Positions 10,453 through 25,340 are shown, counted from the first letter of the stretch. The stretch: DNA of 64,000 nt from Eledone cirrhosa (GCA_964016885.1 OZ024742.1:335606001-335670000); one strand, 5' to 3'. The notes: a model not told the origin generated them from the sequence alone. Program-made: numbers and translations.

Positions 10453-11533
10453 TTTTTCATGTGTTATCAACTAATCCGAACTCCAAGATGTTTGTTATTG
10501 ACTCTCTCTTCATGGAAAACTTAGGTGGATGCACTTCTCTCATTTAACCCCAGAGTTTTCTCATGTTTTCAACGAATATGACCTCCAAACCAGTTGGAAA
10601 TGATTAGTTCTAGGAAAAAGGAGGGGTAAAGCAGGTGGAAAAACCATTGTCGTTTTGTAGATATATACCCTAATGATTTTTCTTCGGTCTCCTTTTCAGT
10701 GCTATCAACTAATCTGACCTTTTAGTTGCTCTGAATCAATTTTTTTTTTCTGGGATTTGGAAACTTAATTAAAAATAAAATTAAATCTAGCCCCAAACCA
10801 AGCTAAATCTAAATATAAACATTACCCCAACCCTTAAACTAAACCCTAAACTATACCCCAACCATAAAACTAAACCCTAAACATTACCCAAACCTAAAAC
10901 TAAACCCTAAACTTTACCCCAAACCTAAAGCTAAACCCTAAACTTTACCCCAAAACTAAAACTAAACCCTAAACTTTACCCCAACCCTAAAACTAGACCC
11001 TAAACATTACCCCAACCCTAAAACTAAACCCTAAACTTTACCCCAAACCTAAAGCTAACCCTAAACTTTAACCTAAAGCTAAACCCTAAACTTTACCCCA
11101 ACCCTAAACACTACCTAAACCTAACCCAGGGAAATAAGTTGATTGGAAGCATCTAGGAGGTCAGATTAATTAATAGCACAGGAAATAGCATAGGAAATAG
11201 CATAGGAAATAGCATAGGAAATAGCATAGGAAATAGCACAGGAAATTAATAGCACAGGAAATATACCGAAAATGATTAAGTCCCACAACATGTGAGTGGG
11301 GTGTAGATCTGCAAAACTCTTTCCCTCTCCTCTTTCTCCAAAGCTAGTTGTTTTTGACTGGTTTGGAATTTATATTCACTGATAACGCATGAAAATAGAA
11401 TGAAAGAGAAAATTCCGAGTAAGCAGGGGTTATCCGGGTGAAGGGGGAACAACCTCACCCCGCCGTTTTCCTGGGGGGAGAAAGTCAGTTTCAAGCATCT
11501 TGGAGATTGGATTAGTTGATAGCACATGAAAAA
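10453..11533. mobile_element. Nested inverted-repeat (foldback/MITE-like) element with internal CCCTAAA-rich array
   Basis: Outer IR 10453-10490 / 11496-11533; inner IR 10694-10754 / 11125-11185. Both share gtgYtatcaactaatcYgaMct. Confidence 0.55.
10790..11125 (+). repeat. ~30-bp tandem repeat of telomere-like units (ctaaaccctaaactttacccc)
   Basis: About 10 degenerate copies, followed by a tandem array of atagcataggaa at 11173-11262. Confidence 0.85.
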
Positions 11534-11846
11534 TAGGATGAAAAAATTTCACATCACATCACACCACACCACATCTCGACTCGTCTCGTCTTGCCTCATT
11601 TGACCACGCAACGCCACATTTCATCACATCACATCACATTTCACCACACCATGCCACACTTCATCACATCACATTTCACCATGCCACATCACATCACATG
11701 CCATCACACCACATGCTACCACTCTACATCCCACCACACTCCACTACACTACACTACACCACACCACACCACTGTCCACTACACTAAACCACACTCCACT
11801 ACACCATACCACACCACTGTCTATTTGACTGTTTTCTATTTCGTAG

Positions 11847-12398
11847 GTATGTCCAGTTACAGTATGAGAAAGAAAGTTATTTCAGAGGATCTGAGTAAGT
11901 AAACACTTCATTGACCATCATTTTAAGCAGAATCTCAGTGTAGTTTTAAATTGACCTTTTCATATGATTGCACCTCAGTCTTAACTTAATCACCTGTAGA
12001 TGGATGCTACATGTAATGTTAAAATTAGTTAAACACTGTTTCCCCCTTCTCATCACATGTGGATGCTACATGTGTATTAACATTAATCTAACGTTGTGTG
12101 CCCCCCCCCCCCCGCCTCACCATATCATACCACGCCACATCACACCATGTTGTACCACACCAGACCACATAACACCATGCTATACCTTATATATATATAT
12201 ATGAGCTCCCCACTCGTTATATTAACTGTATCTCCTCAGTGTTTCGTGAAAGTCTGCGAGATCAGCTATATATTTGTTTACAATTTTTTTTTATATTTAG
12301 ATGGAAAAGAAGAAAAAGACGAAGTAGACGACTAAAATGAAAATGACAACAAAGACAAAGAAAACACGGGAAACGAAGATGACGAAAAGAAGAAGAAA
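11847..12398 (+). pseudogene. Exon-like fragments of an unknown acidic protein (11847-11894 and 12301-12398), paralogous cassettes at 10121 and 12697
   Basis: tttcgtag|GTATG...GATCTGA|gtaagt and tatttag|ATGGAAAAG...AAGAAA|gtatga have compatible phase 1. There is an internal TAA at 12333. Confidence 0.35.
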
Positions 12399-13109
12399 GT
12401 ATGATCTTAGTTCAGTCTAACCCTAATGATTTATAGATATGATCTTAGTTCAGCCTTAACCTAATGACCTGTAGAAACGATCTATTTTGGTTTAACTTAA
12501 ACATTCAAAGATATTTGTATATACTTTTGTTGATGTTTGACATTGTTTTTAGTTATGAAATAGCTTATAAGCTACATTATAGGATCACAGTGCATGAGCA
12601 CACTGCTCTTTAAATTAACTTTATCTCCTCAGCACTTTGTAAAGTCTGAGAGATAGGCAACATATATGTTTTACATTCTTTGTTTTTGGTATTTAGATGG
12701 CAGAGGAGAAGTCAAAGGCATAGAAGAAGTCAAAGGCATAGAAGAAGTCAAAGGCACAGAAGAAGTCAAAGGCACAGAAGAAGACAAAGAAAATGAACAA
12801 GAAGAACAATTATTATTACTATTATTATTGTTATTATTATTTGTATTATTATAATCAAACTAAGCCACACTACATCAACCTATACCATACCACACCACAC
12901 TGACAAACATTATACCATACCACATTATCCAACAACATACTACGAAACACTACGACCTCACATCAGACCATGCTATGAAACAATATACTATACTATACAA
13001 CAGTAGACAACACCACACAAGACTATGAAACACTATACTTTACCACACTATATCACACCACTCAAGTTAGAGAGGATCAACTTTTTTCCTGGAAAGTAGA
13101 AAACCTAAC

Positions 13110-16100
13110 TTTAAGCTAAAACCGAACTTTAAAAATAACACTTACCCTAACACTTGCACTCACACATGCCCTAACAGTGAACTTAGCACTAACATGAAAA
13201 ATAACACAAACACAAAATCTGAAAACTAATATTAAATAGAAAACTAACGCAAACACTAACACTAAAACTGACACTAACACTAACACTAACACTAAAACTG
13301 ACATTAACACTAACCTGAACACCAGCACTAAAACTAACACTACCATAAACACTAATACAAATACTAACACTAACCTGAACACTTACACTAAAACTAACAT
13401 TAGCACAAACATTAGCCTGAACACTAGCACTAAAACTAACACTACCATAAACACTAACACTGACCTGAGTACTAACACTAAAAGTAACACTAACACAAAC
13501 ACTAATCTGAAAACTGATACTAACCAGAAAACTAAGCTAACATTAACTTCAACACTAAAACAAACACTAACGCTAACAGAGATACTAACACAAATATTAA
13601 CACAAAAACAAACACTAACACAATCTCTAACACTAACCTCAACACTAAAACTAACATTAACTTGAACACTAACTCTAACCTGAAAACTAAGCTAACATTA
13701 ACCTGAACACTAACATAAACACTAATGCTAACACTAACAGAAATACTAATGCTAACATTAACGCTAACCTTAACACAAAAACAAAGACTAACGCTAACAC
13801 AATCACTAACACTCATGGAAACATCAAACACTAATGCTAACAGAGATACTAACACAAATATTAACACAAAAACAAATACTAACACTAACACAATCTCTAA
13901 CACTAACCTTAACACTAAAACTAACACTAACAGAGATAATAACACAAATATTAACACAAAAACAAACACTAACACTAACACAATCTCTAACACTAACCTT
14001 AACACTAAAACTAACATTAACTTGAACACTAACACTAACCTGAACACTTAAACTAACACTAACAGAGATACTAACACAAATATTAACACAAAAACAAACA
14101 CTAACACAATCTCTAACACTAAAACTAACATTAACTTGAACACTAACACTAACCTGAAAACTAAGCTAACATTAACCTGAACACTAACACAAATACTCAT
14201 GCTAACACTAACAGAAATACTAATGCTAACATTAACACAAAAACAAAGAATAACGCTAACACAATCACTAACACTAATGGAAACATCAATCACTAATGCT
14301 AACAGAGATATTAACACAAAAACAAACACTAACCTTAACACTTACACTAAAACTAACACTACCATAAACAGTAACACAAACACTAACACTGATCTGAGCA
14401 CTAACAGTAACACTAACACTACCATAAAAACTAACACTAAAAAAAACACTAACATTAACCTGAACACTAACACGAAAACTAAGCTAACATTAACCTCAAC
14501 ACTAAAACAAACACTAACACTAACATTAACAGAAAAACAAAGACTAACACTAATGGAAACACAAACATTAACACAAAATAAAACACTAACACTAATGGAA
14601 AAAATAACACTAACACTAAAACTAACACTACCGTAAACAGTAACACTAACCTGAGCACTAACACTAAAACTGACATTAACACGAACATTAACCTGAACAC
14701 TAACACTACCACTAAAACTAACACTACCATAAACCACTAACCTGAGCACTAACACTAAAAGTAACACGAGCCTTAACCTGAAAACTAACATTAACCAGAA
14801 AACTAAGTCAACATTAACCTGAACACTAACACTAACAAAAATGCTAACACTAATACAAAATCAAACACTAACACGAACACTAATGGAAACACTAACGCCA
14901 ACGCTGACACTGACGAAGATGGCTATGCTGGCACAAACGCTAGTGCAAATGTTGACACAATTGCTTACGCTGACACAAACACTAACGTGAATACTGATGC
15001 AGGTGCAAAGGCGAATGCTGACAAAGACTGAGGCACACGCTGATGTAAATGCTACACAGACTCTAACGCTGATGTGGACACTGACACAAATGCTCACACT
15101 GATATAAAAAAAGCAAATGCAGACACTAATGCAAACACAGACGCAAATGTTGATGCAGATGTTAAAGCAAACGCAAATGCTGACGCAAACGATGACAGCG
15201 ATGCTAATGTGAACCTTGACGTAAACATTGATGTAGAAGCTAAAGGAAACACTGATGCAAACACTAATGAAAATGCTGACGCAGACGCTAATACACGTTA
15301 ACACAGATGCTAACGTAAACACTGACGTTAACTGAAACGCTGACGCTGATGTAGACGTAAATACTGACGCTGACACAGACGCGGTCGGAAACGCTGACGT
15401 AGAAGCTAACGGAAACGCTGACTTAGATGCTAACGGAAACGCTGACGTAGATGCTAACGGAAACGCTGACGTAGATGCTAACGGAAACGCTGACATAGAT
15501 GCTAATGGAAACGCTGACGTAGATGCTAATGGAAACGCTGACGTAGATGCTAACGTACACACTGACACAGACGGTAACGGAAATGCTGACAAAGACGTTA
15601 AAGGAAACGCTGTCGCAAACGCTAATGCTAATGTGAATGCTGACGCAAATGCTAACCCCAACACAAATGCAAACGCTGACGCTAACACTGACTCAAATAC
15701 TAATGCAAATGCTGACGTGCACGCTGATGCAAACGCTGACACTGACACAAGTGCTGACGTGGACGCTAATGATAATGCTGACTCAGAAGCTGACGTAGAC
15801 GCAGGCACTGAAACAAACACTAATGTTGACTCAGACGCTAAGGGAAATGCTGACACAATCACTATCACCAGTGCAGATGCTGACGCAAATGTTGACATAG
15901 ATGCTGACACTTACGCAAACACTAACGCAGATGCTAACACCAGTCTACATAGACACTAACACAAAAGCTTACATAGATGCTTATGCAAATGCTAACGCTG
16001 ATGCAGACAGTAACATAAACAGTAACTGTAAGAGTTACAGTTACAGTAACACTAACAGTGACAGTAATGCTAACCCTAACACAGTCACTAACAATAAACT

Positions 16101-16150
16101 TACCATTAACAGTAAAACTTACACTAACCCTAAATCTAACATTAACCCAG
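13110..16150 (+). repeat. Hexamer-periodic low-complexity array (ACTAAC-like) with G-rich core 14890-16010
   Basis: (acacta/aacact)n flanks with internal ~300-bp duplications. The core has gctgac/gctaac units and a 24-bp repeat (gctaacggaaacgctgacgtagat) at 15384-15555. Confidence 0.9.
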
Positions 16151-16695
16151 AGAAAAAAGTCATTTGCAATCACATTTAAGGTCACTCTTTAAGATATAGA
16201 AGATAGGCATTACATTTTAATGATTTTAATTTAAAGAGAATCACGCTAGACGATGCAACACAATAACACACCACACCCACTAACCTACACTACACCAAAC
16301 CAGATTATACCATACCTTGGTAAATTTATGATAGGTTTCCATGTTATAACTATACCAAACTACACCAAACTAAACCATACCAAACTACACCAAACCAAAC
16401 CACACCATAACAAACTACACCATACTACATCACACCATGCTATTGAACTCAGTGTGAAAAATTTTCTTCCTGCTTTTTTTGTCTTTTTTTTGTGTGTGTG
16501 CTTACCACCCAATCTGACATTAAAAGTGTTCGCAATTAACTATTTTTTGCACATATTATCAATGAAGACTTTGAAACCTGTTGAAAATGACTAGCTTTGT
16601 AGAAAAAAGAGGGCGGAAAGTGGGTGGAAATACCATTCACAAAGCTTGTCATTTTTTATTGCAGTGAAAGTCATATTTGTTGTTAATATGGTAAT

Positions 16696-17030
16696 GGAGG
16701 CACATGGCTTAGTGGTTAGAGCATTGGGATTGCAATCGGAAGGTTGTGAGTTCAATTCTCAGACCAGGTGGTGTGTTGTTTCCTTGAGCAAGACACTTTA
16801 TTTCACATTGCTCCAGTTTACTCAGCTGTAGAAATGAGATGATAGGGACCCCAGTCCCTATTATTCCACTGCAAAGTGGTCGTGTCGGTGCCATGGCAAA
16901 AACCACCCAGCACTCACTGTAAATGAGGTTGGTGTTAGGAAGGGCATCCAGCTGTAGAAATCAAGCCAGAATCAGTTCCCGTCCCACCCTTGCAAGCAGG
17001 GAAAAGTGGACGTAAAATGATGATTATGAT
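16696..17030 (+). mobile_element. tRNA-derived SINE
   Basis: A-box tggcttagtgg, B-box gagttcaattc, CORE-like ccttgagcaagacactt, tail tggacgtaaaatgatga. Near-identical copies at 26298 and 44972. Confidence 0.88.
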
Positions 17031-17089
17031 GGTAAAAGCAAAGTTGGCTGTGAGCATGTTGGAGGTTGGAAAACCATACCACATTAAAC

Positions 17090-20000
17090 TACATCAAACT
17101 ACACCATACGACATCACACGATGCTATTAATCTCAGTGAAAACATTTTTCTTCCTGTTTCTTTTTTTTTTCTGTGTGTGTGTGTGTGTGTGTGTGCTTAC
17201 CACCCAATCTGATATCAAAGGTGCTCACAAATGACTATTTTTTTACACATTATCAATGTATATAACATAGAAACCTATCATTTGCAATAGGTTCCCATGT
17301 CATAACTACAACAATTCAAACCACACCATAACAAACTACACCATTCTACATCACACCATGCTTTTGATCTCAGTGTGAAAAATTTTCTTCCTGTTCTTTT
17401 TTTTTTTTTTGTGCTTACCACCCAATCTGACATCAAAGGTGCTGCAATTGACTATTTTTCGCACATATTATCAATAATTATGACATGGAAACCTGTTGAA
17501 AATGACTAGCTTTGTAGAAAAAAGAGGGAGGATGTGGGTGGAAATACCATTTACAAAGATAGTCATTTTTTATTGCAGCAGAAGTCATATTTTTTGTTAA
17601 TATGCTAAAAGCATAGTCCACTGCAAGCATCTTGCAAGTTGATAGCACATGCAAAAAAGAACGAAAAATATTTTTTCTAACATAAATCAAAGTGGAAATT
17701 TAAATCCTCACTTATAACAAAGCACACCATACTACATCACACCAAGCTATTGATCTTGGTGTGAAACATTTTCTTCCCGTTTCTTTTTTTTTTTTTGTGT
17801 GGGCTTAGCACCCAATCTGATATTTAAGGTGCTCCTAATTGACTATTTTTTTTACACTTATCAATAATTATGACATGGAAACCTCTTGAAAATGACTATC
17901 TTTGTAGAAACTTCACCAAACCACACCATACTACATCACACCAAGCTATTGATTTTGGTGTGACAAATTTTCATACAGCAATTTTTATTTATTTATTTTT
18001 TTTATGTGCTTACCACCCAATTTGACATAAAAGGTGCTCGCAAATTACTATTTTATGCACATATTATCAATGGTTATGACATGGAAACCTGATGAAAATG
18101 ACTAGCTTTGTAGAAAAAAGAGGGAGGATGTGGGTGGAAATACCATTTACAAAGCTAGTCATTTTTTATTGCAGCGGAAGTCATATTTTTTGTTAATATG
18201 CTAAAAGCATAGTCCACTGCGAGCATCTTGCAAGTTGATAGCACATGCAAAAATGAATGAAAAATTTTTTTTCTAACATAAATCAAAGTGGAAATTTAAA
18301 TCCTCACTTATAACAAAGCACACCACAGCACATTAATCTACCCCAATCCACACCATAAATTCACCATAACCATACTTCACTATATGGTAAATTTATTACA
18401 GAACACCTACTCATAACATTTACATCACACCATGGTATAAACATCAATGTGACAAATTTGCTACCTGTTTTTTTGTTTTTTTGTGGTTACCACCCAAACT
18501 ACCATTAAAGGTGCTTGCAAATGACTATTTTCCCACATTATCAATGAATATGACATGGGAATCTATCGTTTACAATTGGTTTCCATTTCATAACTTCACC
18601 AAACCAAAACCACACCATACCAAGTTACACCATACTACATCACACCAAGCTATTGATCTTGGTGTGAAACATTTTTTCCCCCCGTTTCCTTTTTTTTCTG
18701 TGTGTTTACTGCCCAATCTGACATTAAAAGTGCTCCCAATTTACTTTTTTTTTTCACATATCAATAATTATGACATGGAAACCTGTCGAAAATGACTATC
18801 TTTGTAGAAACTTCACTAAACCACACCATACTACATCACACCAAGATATTGATTTTGGTGTGACAAATTTTCATTTGGCATTTTTTTTTTTTTTTTTTTT
18901 TTTTTGTGCTTACCACCCAATTTAACATAAATAGTGCTCGCAAATTACTATTTTATGCACATATTATCAATGGTTATGACATGGAAGCCTGATGAAAATG
19001 ACTAGCTTTGTAGAAAAAAGAGGGAGGATGTGGGTGGAAATACCATTTACAAAGATAGTCATTTTTTATTGCAGCGGAAGTCATATTTTTTGTTAATATG
19101 CTAAAAGCATAGTCCACTGCAAGCATCTTGCAAGTTGATAGCACATGCAAAAAAGAACGAAAAATATTTTTTCTAACATAAATCAAAGTGGAAATTTAAA
19201 TCCTCACTTATAACAAAGCACACCATACCAAGTTACACCATACTACATCACACCAAGCTATTGATCTTGGTGTGAAACATTTTCTTCCCGTTTCTTTTTT
19301 TTTTTTGTGTGTGGGCTTACCACCCAATCTGATATTAAAGGTGCTCCCAATTGACTATTTTTTTTGCACTTATCAATAATTATGACATGGAAACCTCTTG
19401 AAAATGACTATCTTTGTAGAAACTTCACCAAACCACACCATACTACATCACACCAAGCTATTGATTTTGGTGTGACAAATTTTCATACAGCAATTTTTAT
19501 TTATTTATTTTTTTTATGTGCTTACCACCCAATTTGACATAAATGGTGCTCGCAAATTACTATTTTATGCACATATTATCAATGGTTATGACATGGAAAC
19601 CTGATGAAAATGACTAGCTTTGTAGAAAAAAGAGGGAGGATGTGGGTGGAAATACCATTTACAAAGCTAGTCATTTTTTATTGCAGCGGAAGTCATATTT
19701 TTTGTTAATATGCTAAAAGCATAGTCCACTGCGAGCATCTTGCAAGTTGATAGCACATGCAAAAATGAATGAAAAATTTTTTTTCTAACATAAATCAAAG
19801 TGGAAATTTAAATCCTCACTTATAACAAAGCACACCACAGCACATTAATCTACCCCAATCCACACCATAAATTCACCATAACCATACTTCACTATATGGT
19901 AAATTTATTACAGAACACCTACTCATAACATTTACATCACACCATGGTATAAACATCAATGTGACAAATTTGCTACCTGTTTTTTTGTTTTTTTGTGGTT

Positions 20001-23000
20001 ACCACCCAAACTACCATTAAAGGTGCTTGCAAATGACTATTTTCCCACATTATCAATGAATATGACATGGGAATCTATCGTTTACAATTGGTTTCCATTT
20101 CATAACTTCACCAAACCAAAACCACACCATACCAAGTTACACCATACTACATCACACCAAGCTATTGATCTTGGTGTGAAACATTTTTTCCCCCCGTTTC
20201 CTTTTTTTTCTGTGTGTTTACTACCCAATCTGACATTAAAAGTGCTCCCAATTTACTTTTTTTTTTCACATATCAATAATTATGACATGGAAACCTGTCG
20301 AAAATGACTATCTTTGTAGAAACTTCACTAAACCACACCATACTACATCACACCAAGATATTGATTTTGGTGTGACAAATTTTCATTTGGCATTTTTTTT
20401 TTTTTTTTGTTTTTTTTGTGCTTACCACCCAATTTAACATAAATAGTGCTCGCAAATTACTATTTTATGCACATATTATCAATGGTTATGACATGGAAGC
20501 CTGATGAAAATGACTAGCTTTGTAGAAAAAAGAGGGAGGATGTGGGTGGAAATACCATTTACAAAGATAGTCATTTTTTATTGCAGCGGAAGTCATATTT
20601 TTTGTTAATATGCTAAAAGCATAGTCCACTGCAAGCATCTTGCAAGTTGATAGCACATGCAAAAAAGAACGAAAAATATTTTTTCTAACATAAATCAAAG
20701 TGGAAATTTAAATCCTCACTTATAACAAAGCACACCATACCAAGTTACACCATACTACATCACACCAAGCTATTGATCTTGGTGTGAAACATTTTTTTCC
20801 CGTTTCTTTTTTTTTTTTGTGTGTGGGCTTACCACCCAATCTGATATTAAAGGTGCTCCCAATTGACTATTTTTTTTGCACTTATCAATAATTATGACAT
20901 GGAAACCTCTTGAAAATGACTATCTTTGTAGAAACTTCACCAAACCACACCATACTACATCACACCAAGCTATTGATTTTGGTGTGACAAATTTTCATAC
21001 GGCAATTTTTATTTATTTATTTTTTTTATGTGCTTACCTCCCAATTTGACATAAATGGTGCTCGCAAATTACTATTTTATGCACATATTATCAATGGTTA
21101 TGACATGGAAACCTGATGAAAATGACTAGCTTTGTAGAAAAAAGAGGGAGGATGTGGGTGGAAATACCATTTACAAAGATAGTCATCTTTTATTGCAGCG
21201 GAAGTCATATTTTTTGTTAATATGCTAAAAGCATAGTCCACTGCGAGCATCTTGCAAGTTGATAGCATATGCAAAAATGAATGAAAAATTTTTTTTCTAA
21301 CATAAATCAAAGTGGAAATTTAAATCCTCACTTATAACAAAGCACACCACAGCACATTAATCTACCCCAATCCACACCATAAATTCACCATAACCATACT
21401 TCACTATATGGTAAATTTATTACAGAACACCTACTCATAACATTTACATCACACCATGGTATAAACATCAATGTGACAAATTTGCTACCTGTTTTTGTTT
21501 TTTTTTGTGGTTACCACCCAAACTACCATTAAAGGTGCTTGCAAATGACTATTTTCCCACATTATCAATGAATATGACATGGGAATCTATCGTTTACAAT
21601 TGGTTTCCATTTCATAACTTCACCAAACCAAAACCACACCATACCAAGTTACACCATACTACATCACACCAAGCTATTGATCTTGGTGTGAAACATTTTT
21701 TACCCCCGTTTCCTTTTTTTTCTGTGTGTTTACTGCCCAATCTGACATTAAAAGTGCTCCCAATTTACTTTTTTTTTTCACATATCAATAATGACATGGA
21801 AACCTGTTGAAAATGACTATCTTTGTAGAAACTTCACTAAACCACACCATACTACATCACACCAAGTTATTGATTCTGGTGTGACAAATTTTCATTTGGC
21901 ATTTTTTTTTTTTTTTTTGCTTACCACCCAATTTAACATAAATAGTGCTCGCAAATTATTATTTTATGCACATATTATCAATGGTTATGACATGGAAGCC
22001 TGATGAAAATGACTAGCTTTGTAGAAAAAAGAGGGAGGATGTGGGTGCAAATACCATTTACAAAGCTAGTCATTTTTTATTGCAGCGGAAGTCATATTTT
22101 TTGTTAATATGCTAAAAGCATAGTCCACTGCGAGCATCTTGCAAGTTGATAGCACATGCAAAAATGAATGAAAAATTTTTTTTCTAACATAAATCAAAGT
22201 GGAAATTTAAATCCTCACTTATAACAAAGCACACCATACCAAGTTACACCATACTACATCACACCAAGCTATTGATCTTGGTGTGAAACATTTTCTTCCC
22301 GTTTCTTTTTTTTTTTTTGTGTGTGAGCTTACCACCCAATCTGATATTAAAGGTGCTCCCAATTGACTATTTTTTTTGCACTTATCAATAATTATGACAT
22401 GGAAACCTCTTGAAAATGACTATCTTTGTAGAAACTTCACCAAACCACACCATACTACATCACACCAAGCTATTGATTTTGGTGTGACAAATTTTCATAC
22501 GGCAATTTTTATTTATTTATTTTTTTTATGTGCTTACCACCCAATTTGACATAAATGGTGCTCGCAAATTACTATTTTATGCACATATTATCAATGGTTA
22601 TGACATGGAAACCTGATGAAAATGACTAGCTTTGTAGAAAAAAGAGGGAGGATGTGGGTGGAAATACCATTTACAAAGCTAGTCATCTTTTATTGCAGCG
22701 GAAGTCATATTTTTTGTTAATATGCTAAAAGCATAGTCCACTGCGAGCATCTTGCAAGTTGATAGCATATGCAAAAATGAATGAAAAATTTTTTTTCTAA
22801 CATAAATCAAAGTGGAAATTTAAATCCTCACTTATAACAAAGCACACCACAGCACATTAATCTACCCCAATCCACACCATAAATTCACCATAACCATACT
22901 TCACTATATGGTAAATTTATTACAGAACACCTACTCATAACATTTACATCACACCATGGTATTAACATCAATGTGACAAATTTGCTACCTGTTTTTGTTT

Positions 23001-23399
23001 TTTTTTGTGGTTACCACCCAAACTACCATTAAAGGTGCTTGCAAATGACTATTTTCCCACATTATCAATGAATATGACATGGGAATCTATCGTTTACAAT
23101 TGGTTTCCATTTCATAACTTCACCAAACCAAAACCACACCATACCAAGTTACACCATACTACATCACACCAAGCTATTGATCTTGGTGTGAAACATTTTT
23201 TACCCCCGTTTCCTTTTTTTTCTGTGTGTTTACTGCCCAATCTGACATTAAAAGTGCTCCCAATTTACTTTTTTTTTTCACATATCAATAATGACATGGA
23301 AACCTGTTGAAAATGACTATCTTTGTAGAAACTTCACTAAACCACACCATACTACATCACACCAAGTTATTGATTCTGGTGTGACAAATTTTCATTTGG

Positions 23400-23434
<35 letters not shown>

Positions 23435-25340
23435 TACCACCCAATTTAACATAAATAGTGCTCGCAAATTATTATTTTATGCACATATTATCAATGGTTA
23501 TGACATGGAAGCCTGATGAAAATGACTAGCTTTGTAGAAAAAAGAGGGAGGATGTGGGTGCAAATACCATTTACAAAGCTAGTCATTTTTTATTGCAGCG
23601 GAAGTCATATTTTTTGTTAATATGCTAAAAGCATAGTCCACTGCGAGCATCTTGCAAGTTGATAGCACATGCAAAAATGAATGAAAAATTTTTTTTCTAA
23701 CATAAATCAAAGTGGAAATTTAAATCCTCACTTATAACAAAGCACACCATACCAAGTTACACCATACTACATCACACCAAGCTATTGATCTTGGTGTGAA
23801 ACATTTTCTTCCCGTTTCTTTTTTTTTTTTTGTGTGTGGGCTTACCACCCAATCTGATATTAAAGGTGCTCCCAATTGACTATTTTTTTTGCACTTATCA
23901 ATAATTATGACATGGAAACCTCTTGAAAATGACTATCTTTGTAGAAACTTCACCAAACCACACCATACTACATCACACCAAGCTATTGATTTTGGTGTGA
24001 CAAATTTTCATACGGCAATTTTTATTTATTTATTTTTTTTATGTGCTTACCACCCAATTTGACATAAATGGTGCTCGCAAATTACTATTTTATGCACATA
24101 TTATCAATGGTTATGACATGGAAACCTGATGAAAATGACTAGCTTTGTAGAAAAAAGAGGGAGGATGTGGGTGGAAATACCATTTACAAAGCTAGTCATT
24201 TTTTATTGCAGCGGAAGTCATATTTTTTGTTAATATGCTAAAAGCATAGTCCACTGCGAGCATCTTGCAAGTTGATAGCACATGCAAAAATGAATGAAAA
24301 ATTTTTTTTCTAACATAAATCAAAGTGGAAATTTAAATCCTCACTTATAACAAAGCACACCACAGCACATTAATCTACCCCAATCCACACCATAAATTCA
24401 CCATAACCATACTTCACTATATGGTAAATTTATTACAGAACACCTACTCATAACATTTACATCACACCATGGTATAAACATCAATGTGACAAACTTGCTA
24501 CTTGTTTTTTTTTTTTTTTTTGTGGTTACCACCCAAACTACCATTAAAGGTGCTTGCAAATGACTATTTTCCCACATTATCAATGAATATGACATGGGAA
24601 TCTATCGTTTACAATTGGTTTCCATTTCATAACTTCACCAAACCAAAACCACACCATACCAAGTTACACCATACTACATTACACCAAGCTATTGATCTTG
24701 GTGTGAAACATTTTTTTCCCCCGTTTCCTTTTTTTTCTGTGTGCTTACTACCCAATCTGACATTAAAAGTGCTCCCAATTTACTTTTTTTTTTCACATAT
24801 CAATAATTATGACATGGAAACCTGTCGAAAATGACTATCTTTGTAGAAACTTCACTAAACCACACCATACTACATCACACCAAGATATTGATTTTGGTGT
24901 GACAAATTTTCATTTGGCATTTTTTTTTTTTTTTTTTTTTGTGCTTACCACCCAATTTAACATAAATGGTGCTCGCAAATTACTATTTTATGCACATATT
25001 ATCAATGATTATGACATGGAAGCCTGATGAAAATGACTAGCTTTGTAGAAAAAAGAGGGAGGATGTGGGTGGAAATACCATTTACAAAGCTAGTCATTTT
25101 TTATTGCAGCGGAAGTCATATTTTTTGTTAATTTGCTAAAAGCATAGTCCACTGCAAGCATCTTGCAAGTTGATAGCATGCAAAAATGAATGAAACAGTT
25201 TTTTTCTAACATAAATCAAAGTGGAAATTTAAATCCTCACTTATAACAAAGCACACTCTAGCACATTAATCTACCCCAATCCACACCATAAATTCACCAT
25301 AACCATACTTCACTATATGGTAAATTTATTACTCCTACCA
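17090..25340. repeat. ~1.5-kb-period satellite (5+ copies) with internal sub-repeats and palindromic modules
   Basis: Landmark ttgtggttaccacccaaactacc at ~18481, 19993, 21505, 23005, 24520. Divergent flanking copies extend from 16330 to 25585. Confidence 0.95.

Noticed and set aside
10790-11125. True telomere or interstitial telomeric repeat
   Set aside because: Degenerate CCCTAAA units in a 30-bp period inside an IR-bounded element, not (TTAGGG)n.
16696-16770. tRNA gene
   Set aside because: A and B boxes are present but I see no acceptor stem, and it continues into a multi-copy SINE body.
18086-18120. CTGATGA...GAAA in every satellite module as a hammerhead or retrozyme array
   Set aside because: No stem II between the motifs, and no UH site or stem I partner; the bases belong to the palindrome arm.
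18481-24834. Repeated ~100-aa ORFs as a tandem gene cluster
   Set aside because: TTG starts, homopolymer-length variation shifts frames between copies, and no recognisable domain.
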